From Bugula neritina (taxonomy: Eukaryota > Animalia > Bryozoa), in the NCBI GenBank assembly GCA_964035545.1, contig OZ037765.1, forward strand, positions 21,080,995 to 21,144,994: a stretch of DNA of 64,000 bases, given 5' to 3'. Below, one piece after another: positions 15,401 to 27,600 of this stretch; the first letter of the stretch is position 1, and the number at the start of each line of letters is the position of its first letter. A model generated the notes under the pieces. The model made no database searches, was not told the DNA's origin, and saw nothing but the letters and a program-made list of their open reading frames with translations. Position numbers and translations under genes: made by a program.

Positions 15401-17126
15401 TTCTTTATAGAATTTTTTAACTTTGCAATGCAATGAGCTGCATTTATTTTACCAGTATGAATACTAGTAAATTTGTTAAAATTTAACACCAGAAAAGTCA
15501 TTTATTTTGAAGTTGCATGCTATTTCTAGATGTACTTTTGGAAAAAAGTTAAGTTACCAAGTTGCTTTTTGTTTTGAGAGCTATTTTAGCATAACATTTT
15601 TGAAGTGTACAGAATATATTATACATGTAGCTTCCAATCCATATTAGAGCTGCTATTTCGATACTTTGGACTTTCACTGTATATTATGTAGCATCATGAA
15701 GTTAATGTGAATGCAAAGAAAAAAATATCTCAAGATCTGAAACGAATGATAAAAGACAGGGAGATTGAAAACAACGTTCTCCTTCATGAGATTGAAGAGC
15801 TGAATGTCAGTGTGAATGAACGTCAACACATCCATGCAGCTAGTAGTAAGTTTAATATCAGTATCAACAAATACCATTTTGCTTTAGTTTTTCTATGGTT
15901 TGTATTGTGTAAGTGATGATGGGGAGAGATAATAAATTGAAAATTGTTTGATTTTATTGATTTTGTTGATTCAAGGAATTCGTAGAAATATGTTAAGGTT
16001 GCCATTTACTTTGGCAGTATTTTTACTCACTACATACTAGAATCTTCTGATTTGACAATATGTTAAAGAGAATCATATTATTAGTAAATACTTACAAAAA
16101 TGAAAAAACAATTTAGACAAACTCTAATTTGGTCACTTGATTAGAAAATTTATGACCTTGAACCTACTGTAGTCAAGATACAAGTAATAAAAGGTAGAAG
16201 TTTATAGTTCTGCAGTTTGAGTCTAAATTGGGAGTTTTCTCTAGTGTTTTATGTAGCTGATACTTCACATAATGTAACCAGATTTCACAAGAATATCACC
16301 TGTATGATAGATAATTTGTAATACTTATAAAGAACCAATGAATTTATTTTTTCTGCTTAGTAAACAATATGCGTAAGTATATTTCTGTTTTCAATTTTAT
16401 TCTTGTAAACGTGTCTTCTGTATGCCTTTCCGCTTGGCCTTGTACCTGGCTAGTTGCAAGTTTCTTTCTCTACCTTTAACTGTAGTATATAATGACATAT
16501 TAATCTTGTCCAGTATTTTATAAATATAGCTTATAAATTATAAGATGTATCTAATTATAGGATTATTTATAACATAATAATTGTTATATAGTATATTTTC
16601 CTATTAGAATTGTAGTACATGTGTGTATCTTTCAAAGGCTTGGTATGTCTAACCTTATGCTTTCCATAAACAATGACAAATTAATGTTGAATAATTCACA
16701 TTTTGTTATTTGTCTCCTATTTTAATAACACAAAATGCATGCTATGTGTTACAAACAGTTACACTGTTAATCCTTATACACTGTTATAGCTATAATTAAA
16801 TATAATTATGTAGATTTCACTTTACCTTCTTTGAGAATACACTCAATGTGTGCTGTTGCTAGTAGTTTAGCTCCAGTTGATGTGCTGCTCTCTATTAAAG
16901 TCGCTACATTACCTGCTACACTAAAAAAAATCAGCACGCATTGAACATATTTTTAGCTGATAAGAATTTGGAGACAATGAGAGAGAAGAGATACCAGGAG
17001 ATAGTGCAGCGGCGAAAGTTGGTAGACTTGGCTAAAGCACAAGCCAATGAGGTGGCAGTGTTACGGGCAGAAGTTGAAAGATTAAGAATGCGAACCTTCC
17101 CAGCGCTGGTACAGGTGGAGAGGTAG
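487..17126 (+). CDS. CFAP43: Cilia- and flagella-associated protein 43 (WD40 repeats + C-terminal coiled coils), 5'-partial. Exons: 487-737, 924-1017, 1325-1492, 1685-1937, 2079-2309, 2580-2828, 3042-3271, 3405-3508, 3866-4015, 4455-4639, 4836-4985, 6896-7026, 7472-7631, 8186-8224, 8974-9159, 9350-9475, 9679-9783, 10423-10590, 10876-11121, 11380-11505, 12141-12440, 12747-12974, 13112-13287, 13535-13766, 14038-14150, 14590-14749, 14995-15240, 15692-15845, 16957-17126
   Basis: Exons join in phase with GT-AG boundaries (one GC-AG). N-terminal WVKGY...IVYTCGN...[18 protein letters not shown], internal [14 protein letters not shown] and KQGQVE, and C-terminal [34 protein letters not shown] match CFAP43/WDR96 as I recall it. 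The start codon lies upstream of the window. Confidence 0.93.
14292..14490 (+). mobile_element. tRNA-derived SINE, family A, copy 1 (CFAP43 intron)
   Basis: A-box-like GTGGTCTAAGGGTTAGAG and B-box-like GGTTCATCGCC; the body aligns with the reverse complement of 54885-55046. Confidence 0.7.
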
Positions 17127-17322
17127 AGTAAAGCAGGAAATATTACAGATCCTTGCTGTGAATATACAGTGACTCAATTATGGATGACCTAAAATTGGCA
17201 GGAAAAACATGAGAAAAATTTATAATTTATTATGTATTTATTATCTTTTTTACAGTCTACTCCAATATTTATGTTTCAATTGCTGTATTATTGCATATTA
17301 TACTTAAAATTTATGCCTAATA

Positions 17323-17328
17323 AATAAA
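17323..17328 (+). terminator. Probable polyadenylation signal of CFAP43
   Basis: AATAAA ~200 nt after the stop codon, followed by a GT/T-rich tract. Confidence 0.5.
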
Positions 17329-18609
17329 ACGTTTGGAACAAAAAGTGATTTTGTTCAATGAATGGAAGTTATACAATCATGAGAATATCTTTAGTTCAAC
17401 TGTGATTAAATACCTAACTAATGGTGCAACATTTAATATCAACAAATGCAGCATATTATTATGGTGGGTTCTAGAATAACAGTTGAATTATATATCTGTT
17501 CCAAGGAATTTTTGTTGAAGGACAGAAATGGGATAAAATCTGGTTGTTGAAAACTATGTTAAATTTGTTTTAAAATTCATCAAAAGAATCTTTCAAGCAT
17601 TTGTAATATTTTGAAAAACGCAACCACTTTATTTCCCAGTGTAGCAAATTAGTTGCAGATCGAACTGTGACCCCAAATACACAACTTTCCTAAAACTACA
17701 GCCCAGATTTTGCCTGATCAGTCAATAATCAGTACTCTTATGGTTTCACCTCCACACAATGCTTGGGATAGTAACCTTCAATACAATGCCTAGTCTTCAG
17801 TTGCTTTTAGTGACTTGAATGATTATTTTGAATAGACTGGCTGAAACAAATTTATCTTGGTTTGGCATGTTACGGTGGCAGTAACGGTGATTTTGGCCAT
17901 TATTTAAAACTCGCTCACAAGAGTTTATGTCTCTTCAGCTCAATAATGTTTAGGTGATGATGGTTAGGTTTCAAAACAGATCATTGGTGAAAGGTTTTTC
18001 GTATGAAGATTTCACAATCTTATCAGACACAGGATACAAAATTTAGTTTTGGCAACTATTCTCAGGAAACTTTCTGAAAAGAAGCTACTTTATCATATAT
18101 TGAAAATAGCTGTGTGTATTATAAATGCTAATTGTATGAGCTAACAGCATAATATATTAAAAAATATTGTCTGTTGTGTGAACAGTTTATAAAATCAAAG
18201 AAATTTTGTAAGATAACGTTCAAATAGAAATGGTGCATTAGTTGAGCTTTTTTTTAAAATCAGCTCTTAAAATATTAAAATAGCGATATAACATTACTTC
18301 ATTATAAAGCAAGATTAAAATATGCAGAATGTGGTAGAATAAAGATAAAATCACCGAATGACATGAATATAAATCTAAGAATCTACAGGATATCAAAATA
18401 ACATTATGTATACAAAGTTGTAAATAACTTCATGATAATAAATGCACCATTTTTTTAGGCAATTCAGATAAACTCTTCTTTATGAACCGAATACATAGAA
18501 CATCATAAAATGGCACTCTAATAGAACAGAACGTGGCAAGGATTGACAAATAGTAAGTAAAAGTGACAAGTATTTTTCAGTAACTACACTGTAGCAGTAT
18601 GGAGCAGCT

Positions 18610-21600
18610 TTACTTTAAAGCCGACAAGTCAAATACTTCTAGCAGTAGAGGATCTAGTCTGGAAGCATCACATTGTAGAAAGGCTTTACTGTGTTTGAAC
18701 GTATACGATCTTGTAGCAGTAACAAAGCCTAAGATTTTTGCAAACAGATCAAATGCTGTCTGCCAATCGTGGTTGACCTCCAAGTAGTGTTTGAGTATAT
18801 TGATGTATTTATCCTGAGCTGAGGATGTGAGAGCTCGTGTACCAACTGATGCGTAGTGTGGAGTGAAGAGAAGTATGCATTGTATGATAGCTATGATGGT
18901 TCTATCTGAACCAATAGTCTGTTTGATAGAACTGATGAGTCTGATGTGCTCTTCCTGTATGTCACTATCCACATCATCAAACGCCGCGTTGAGAACTTGG
19001 GCTGGTGTTTCCGTGCCATCGTCGTGCATCCACTTGCCTTTCTCAATGCTAAACATTTGTGCTGAACGCCAGGTTATACAATCCAAGAGTGAACCTGCAT
19101 CAACATCACAAGTAAATGTACTACCAGAATATTGCATAGCTCATCAACCAGACAAAATATAGACTGTGGTAAGCAAATGTTAAAGTAGGCCAGGCTAAAG
19201 AAAGTTTATCACCTAGAGACAAAAGAATGTCATTTTTTAGGACTTTTATTTGTTATTATTCTTTATATTTGTTATGTAATTGACTAACATAATACAATGT
19301 ATATTGCCTAAACAGCTCACTACTAAATTTTTAGTCCCTTTAAAATAAACTTCTTCAGGTGATTTTCCTGCTAACCAGAAAACATAAATAATCTCCAATT
19401 TTGCTTGAGCCCAGCAACATCGAAACAACAAAATTTTTCTTTACTTTTTGACATGCATTTATTCTATTGATTTATTTGATGGCGCCAATCCAGTTTTTAA
19501 ATAAAAATGAGAATGCAGAAGTTAACAACATTTGGTATCACAATTATTGTTTCACAGCAGAAGTCTATTACAATAAGGAACTAGATCTGTGATTGGTGGT
19601 ATAGAAGTTGCTCTATGATTCAACACAAGCATATGAACAACTGATTGACCACATAAAACTGTATACGTATAAAGCTTCCTTATGCATAATTAGAAACAAA
19701 TGAGCAAAAAACTATGACAAAACTTCTAAAACATGGAGATTTACGTACACTCTCCATTTTAGATACTAAACCATAACGCAGATTTTAATTTTCCCAAACA
19801 AGGAAATGGGGGTAAAAGCTAGTTATGAAAACCAAGTTTGATTTATAAAGCAAAAAGACTGGTTATATTATCATGATGTAAATGACGCATAATTATAACT
19901 CAACATCCATCGCGTATTCTAAATATACCCAACAATTAAAAGCATACAATAAATATGAGGCTGCATCTTCCTACCCTTGAGCAGAGTGACCTGCGCACTT
20001 TGAGGCAAAGCTGTGAAGTCTTCCAGTTTCTTAGCAAACTTGATGAGCAGTTTGACAAGAACTCCGATGTGATTCATGAGAGCTTCTAGGGAAGTTTTCT
20101 CAACTTGCAACGGAACCTCTTCTGCTGTTGAACCTATACACAGAGACAGCACTATTTCAACACAACTTCCTTTTTTGGCACTTGACTAAAGTAGGATATA
20201 TAGTTGCAGTGACTGAGTCTACGCTACTCAGCAAATCTCCACAGCGAGTCCTTCAAATTTCTTTCTGAACCTCGGTTTGGGCTAATTTCACCATTACCTG
20301 CACAACTGACCAGGGGTAAGGGTAGTTGCTGTAAAATATTTGTCCCCACTGGGAATTAAACACAAAATCTAACCATTACACCACAGGGGCCACTGGGTAA
20401 ACTTAACACTACAGTTCCTTATATTAAATAATCTGAAACTTTCTAGCAGACCAACTCCAGAACTTGGTTGAAATACAGAAGCAACTAAGACCCAATGCTT
20501 TACTATTACCCCCCCCCCCAACCTGTGGGTAGACAAATTCGGAGACACCTGGAAACAGCCACGGAGTCCCTGCAACACTTACCAAAGCTACTGTAGTATG
20601 CGCTGTGAATATTCTGTATCAGGTTCAATGAACCATCTCCCAGCACCCTTCTGCCAGTGCACTCATGCTCTAGAGGAATGTCCACAGCTGTCCTGGGATA
20701 CTGTAAGTTAATGCAAACAGATCATGTGCTGTATACAGAATATCCTTGTTTCCTCTATTTGTTGCTTAATGCAGAAATACAAAAAATGTAGAATTATTAG
20801 TATTACGATGAAATGATCAATCCTTCTTAGTGGATATCTCTATTTCTAGAAGACCATTACTTTAACTTCAGTATTATGTTTCACTCACATTGACAGGCAG
20901 GGCAACAAATAATTTTAAAATTATCTGTAAATCTGACTGGCTTAGAGGTGGTTTCTCTGTATCTAGCTATTTCACAAAGAATTATTGCTAACATCATAAA
21001 CTGGCAATAAGCCTGCAACTATGAATCTAAAATGCTATTGGCTAATTTATTTCATGTTACAAGATCCTCAGCAATTAATATTCAGCTACTTTTTGACAAA
21101 TGACCCTTGCACTCACTTCTTATAGAGCTTTACCTGGACAAAGTAGCTTTTTCATCAAACCTTGGGGTATTTAGTATAGTAGTAATGAGGGCATAATTAA
21201 TATGGGCATCTTATCCGATAATTCAGATAACATGTTGTGTAAACAGTCAAGCAATTCATTATCTTTTACTGATACATGTTTGGGAAACACCAGCCTCTAA
21301 CATGAGAGGATATGTTAACATCAGCTTATAGGAGTATGTGCATATTATCCATAAACTTACCTTATAGTTGGTGGACCACTGGGTATTGCTTGGAGTTATG
21401 CTTTCCATCTACAACATTGTAAAGCACAATATTAATGTTATTTACAAATAGAAGATTATAAAGTAGAAAAGGTTACATGATACTATATGAACACAAGTGC
21501 TCAAAGCCTTAAACATTCTAGGAATCCATGTTATTTTGAAATGGTCAATCACTTTTAAGTAAAAGAACATGTTTTGTTAGTTGCATCTGAAAGATTTGTA

Positions 21601-24600
21601 AAAAAAAATTCTAAGCCTAACACACCAAAAAAGTTAATTGAAATATATATGTTAATAGTACCAATATTGACGTGCGGCGGCTGAGAGAAAAAATTTTAAG
21701 TCGGAGTTACCCCTCATTTCTCTATACCAATATATAGAGATCTGCGAGAAAATAAAGATTTTTTAAAAAAAATATTGTGGCTCTCTAGTAACTTTCTGGG
21801 CTTAGAAAATTAGATCACATATTTTCTTCAATGTGGACAACAACTCAATTTTTTTTAAATTTATTTTGAAGCTCTTTTCTTAAAAAATAATCAAAAGTAA
21901 AAAATCCAAAATATTTCCTAATTGGTTCGGGGCTTGACGCTAAATACACTTGGATGAAAATGTCAAGGTCAGTATTATTTATTTTATCACAATACTTCGT
22001 ATAATAATGTAATTTTGGTGTCTGTTCTAGAACTAAAAGTAACTGAAGTGTCCCGAAGCAATTGGAATTGCAATAAAAGAAAATGTTGCAAGCATATTGA
22101 TCGTAAGATATTGGGTTAAATTTTTTAAAAATTTATATCGCTTTCAGTTGAACTAATATCTAATTAGTTACAATAAGTATAACTTAAATAGTTGAACTAA
22201 AACAATAACTATAAGTATAAGTATAACTATAAGACTAAGTATTACTCACTATTAGTATAACATTTAGTTTCACATTATGATTTAGATTATGATTATCAAT
22301 ATGAATATCATTATTCTTTATGATTAACATGGCTATATTATACTATTACTCTTAGACATAGAGTCATACTGTTGGTGATGCTAATAGTAATACTTTGTAG
22401 ACTTAGAGTTCTAAGTTAAGCATTTATTATATTTATAATCATAATGATAATGATATTTGATAATCATATGTTTATGTTAGTTATACTTACAGTTAAGTTA
22501 TGCTTATACAGTTATAGTTATACTCATAGTTATAGTATGAAATTCAATCAGATGTAATAATTTTAAACTCAACTGCTGGCCTTAAAAATTGTAATTAAAT
22601 ATGAATAATTATAAAATAATTTTATTATAATTTATACTAACAATTATATTTATAAAAAACTTTTAACTTGAGATATAGTGCTATCATACTCATAGTATAT
22701 ATTGAAAGGTAATTATAGTTACTAACTAAGTTAGAGTTAAATTCATCTAAGTGACCCTTATTTTAGTCATTCCTCAGAATAACTAACTTTTACTGCTAAA
22801 ATTTAGCAGCTCATTATTAGTTTTGAATTATGTTAACAACGTAATTTTTGCATGTAAAACTAAAAGTTTTTCATAAATATGGCTGGTAGACTTCGTAACC
22901 TTTGGCAGTAATAACATTGTAGCATAAATTAGACACATTTTGATAAGAATACATAATTACTAATAATACTAATAATTCTAAAAGGTGTGATAATATTGCT
23001 TTTATCATTGCGTGTGAAGCATCTTTTTAATTATTTTCCAAAGGAATTTCTATGCTGCATATCATGTGCTGAATAGATTACAACTACAACATATCATGTT
23101 GCTGTACCTTCTCTGTTGCAGCTCAGCTTACACTCCCTGCCACAAATGTTCTTACACCAGCAGGACCACAGAATGATGGAGCTGTATTTATATAAACTTC
23201 TTTTGTTAGCAGTAGTGGTATCATGAAAAATGGCAAGTGTTTTACTCAATAAAAGTATGTTTTTTTTTCAATTTTATAAAATATTCTATAGCCTACTCTA
23301 TTGTTTTATTTAAATAAAGGACTGGTCTGAAATGTCTTAGCAATTAGTTAGTTAATAGGCCTATAGTAATTATTATACAGACCTATAGGTTGAAAGGCCA
23401 CAAAAATAATTAGATAAAACATCAATCACACAAAGCAGGTTAATATTGCCTTATATCAACTAATTTTACATTATTATTGTTTGCTAGCTGTCACATATTA
23501 TCTACTTAATATGTTTGTTCAATTTAGTGTTTAGAAGTAGAAGGTTCAAACAGCAGAGAAAAACTATCTCAACACTATATGTTCTACATCTCCAACTCAT
23601 TTTAGTATTGATGGTCAGTTTATTGCTATCTGAAACATAGTTTTATTTTGTTTTCAGTCAATTAGATAATTTTGTAGATAGTTAAGATTAAAATGCTTGT
23701 GCAATGATTGTCTATAATGCTAAACTGATTTATTGAAACTAAAACTATTTTTAAAATTACAAAAAAAAACTTGACAATCTTTTCATAAAAAATAACGTCC
23801 TATAATCGATCTTCATTGTAAACAAACTTAAAAAAATTCCAATTAGCTAATTGTTCATGATCATCTGTAGGTGGAAGAAGCTTGCACCCAGGCAAGCTGG
23901 CAGCTGTTTTCTTTGTCCTCTATGAAGATTTGAGAACAGCCAGAAAACTAATGCTCTATAACCGCAAAACCTTCTTGTATTGCCTTGTGTTAGTTATCTA
24001 ATGAATCATCTGTAACAAAAACAATTATTAATTTATTTTACATTGAATGTATTAGCAAAATTACTCATCTTGGTAAATATACTCAAAAATACTATATCGT
24101 AACTCATGTTTGGCTATGTTTATGCTCTTTATGCAAACTTACAGCAGAGATCAAACTATAATATATTAAAGATTGATATACGAATATGTGTAAGAATTAA
24201 ATGTAAGCTAACCTTGGTAGCATATACAACTGTTGTATGTGGCGTCAGTTCAAATACACCAGGGTGATAAGTTATTAGAATCAAGCTTTGTAAGTGCCTC
24301 TTCACAGCTCTGGCAGCAACCGGACTGCTCCTTAGCTCCTCACACCATTCTACTGGTGGAATGCTAGCCTAAAATACATAACCTTAACCAGTAAGCCAAA
24401 GAAAGATCTAATTCACTGCACTAGAATATTATTCAACTCATTGGAATTTAACATACCATTACATAAATCACATAACTGTATTTATTTTTTCAGTTTTACT
24501 TTACAAAGTTGAACCACATGTTTAGTAACGTGTTGTTGTAATGATAATTGTATAACCTATAAATTAAAAACTTTATTTGATTGCTTTTATGAATAGAATA

Positions 24601-27600
24601 TACATCAACTTGATACTTTAATAAGTCAGTTCACAATGAAACTAATAAACAAGTATTAGAAATAATATTTTTGTTATGTAATCCAGCACAAAACTACAGT
24701 ATTTTGGTTGTTTAGTTCAAAGTTTATCAAGCAATGAATGAGCTGCCATGACCAATTAATGTACTAATATTGCATTTAAATGTTCTACTTACAGTGCGTT
24801 GGTAAGTTAAAATCGTTGTTAATTTTAGCTACTTTTGTACAGTAAAATATAAATATCATCATGGTATCAATTAGATATAGTCTGAGCATCAGCATGGCTT
24901 TGCAATTAACTGGCTTTATAGCAAATTATTGCAACTGATACAAAATATTTGGCTAGTTTTTTAGTTAATTTAAGGACTATATCAACTTAAATTTGAAACA
25001 CCACCAGAACAAAATAATAAACATCACTAGTAGACGTAGTAATGCTAGTATAAGTAATACTATTGATACTAGCTATTGCTATAACTATTACTATTAGTAT
25101 TAATATTAGTATCGAATATATAGTTCGTAGAAACTAGGATTAATACTAATTATAATAGTAATACTAATACAAGTTCACACTATTAATAATACTTATACTA
25201 ATAGTAATAGTTACAATTTGAATTACAATTATTAATATTAATATTAGCAGTATCTGTATTACTATTAGTATTAGTATTACTATTAGTATTACTCATATTA
25301 CTCTATATTCAGTTACTAGAGTTTTTTACTACTACCGTCCTACTCCTACGTCTGCTAGTATCAGTATTAGTTCAACAATCTGAATCCACGTTTACTAGTA
25401 TTTCTACTAGTACTAATACTAATAGTAATACTAATAGTAATAGTAATAGTAATACTCATATTCACTCATAGTCATACTGATATACTTATAGTTATACTTA
25501 TAGCCTATACTATAGCCATAGTGATAGGGACTAGTCATAATCATAATGATTAGTCTTAGATTTAGTGGTATTAAATTTAATTCAGTTTCACCTGCGGCTT
25601 CAGTCATTGGTGATGGGGTTCCAAATTTTAAAACTAGGATTCACCGTTACAACCAATAACCTGTAGTGTGGTCGACATGGTAATATATTATAAATTAAAA
25701 TATTGAAGACTAATTATTTTTGCAGAGATTCGATATCTACTGGCAATTTGCAGAAGGTAGAAACCAGCGAAATGGAATAGTTCATTTGAAATTAGCTAAG
25801 TTGATTATCATTTGCAGTGTTCAATAATTAACGTTGGTTATTAGTAGCACCCGAAGAGCAACATTTATATGATTTGAGCTACGAATAACACGAATCTGCG
25901 ACAAACCCGCTACTCAACAACTTTATGCGCTATAACCTCACGCTACAAAAGAGCTTTCTCAGCCGCCGCACGTCACCAAGCTGCGCTAGCGGGCAAGTCT
26001 GGGCATGTCTAAAGTTGCTAAAATGCTAACATTCAGAAGCATTTTTTTAATGTTCTTGAATAATAAATTGTATAAAAAGCTGAGAGATTGGTTCAAATAT
26101 GTGTTTTTAACTTATTCAATGCAATAAATAGCTTGGATTCCTATCTCCTTTAATTGCTTCACTGCCCAGCATAATAGAGATGAATATAGAACGTTAATAG
26201 ACTATTCCATTTAATACATTTATACAAGATAAAAGGCAATATTATATTTCTTACATTTCATCCTCAACACAGCACAAAATTTATTTGGCAATAATATTAT
26301 AGAGCCCAGCATAAAACACTAATCACGCCATTGATAAAACCACAAAAACATTTAAAATTTATAAGCAGTAGTAGCAAATCTTGGTGCCAGGAAGAAACTG
26401 ATGGATAATATTAATAAACTTTTGTTATTCATTTAAAAATATGGTCATGATTTTAACCAATTCACAAAAGGTTGTGTAAACTTTTAAAAGAACATATCAA
26501 CATTACACATAAGTAGCAGGCAATAAAGATCTATGCATGCATGTTTTTTGTACACCTTGACATATTCTGCAGAATGAAACTATGCGCCTGTGAGCAGTAT
26601 CAAGTATCAATTATTAAAATATTTCCACAAAATTAACTGTTTTTCACAAATTTAGAAGAAAATGTGAAAAAATGATGAAGCAAAATATCACAATAAGTTT
26701 CAAGGGTCACTAGCTGTCTGATTGTGATAATCAACTGTGTTTAAGACGATTAAGACAGATTAGCTTAAAATGTTTTTTTATGTATATTAGATTTACAAGA
26801 AATATCACGGGAGAATCGTACATACATACTACAACTTGCTACCGGTAATCACAATGTTCTCTTTACTATTCAAATTCAAAAATGCTGAATCTAGAAAATG
26901 CAGCTGAAACTATTTGATGAGAAAAGATGCACATAAATCATATTAGCTGTAAACTATTCTCTATTCTTGTCAACACTGCTTAAGCTGTGGAAATTTTGCA
27001 ACACCCAAAAAAGAATTGCTAGTTTTCAGTTTTTACAAATTACAATCAGAAATAATGTTACCACAAATTTCTTATCTTATAAAGGTGAAATGGGAAGACT
27101 GTTGAAACTGCATCAGCCACCACCTTTAAGTGTAGTTAGTTTACCTTGATATTATTGCACAGTTCATCCATAGTCTGAGAGTCAGTCTCCTTAGTCTGGA
27201 ACAGGCCCTGGTCAGCAGGCATCTTCTGCACCATCTGCTTCTGCTGCTGCAACTTCTTGGCTCGGTTTTGCTGAACTTTCTCGATGCGTTTCTGCCGTTC
27301 AATGTCACCTAGTTTAGACAGACGCAATATACTACTAACTTGCCACGATTCAGTTCAAAAGGAAATGACCAACACTTGCATTACTTCTGTTGGACTGTGT
27401 GTCACCTTAGATTAGCATCTGCAGCTAGCACACTTCACCTGACCTCTTACAGTGCTCCAACATATACAACTTCTAGTTTAGCAACAATATTAAGGAAACA
27501 ATGTAAAACCGTGCAAATAAATATGACATCCTGGCTCTCCAAATAGTTGAGGTGCAGATTTGACTATTCTGTTATCTCAATGATAATGGAACAACCCGGA

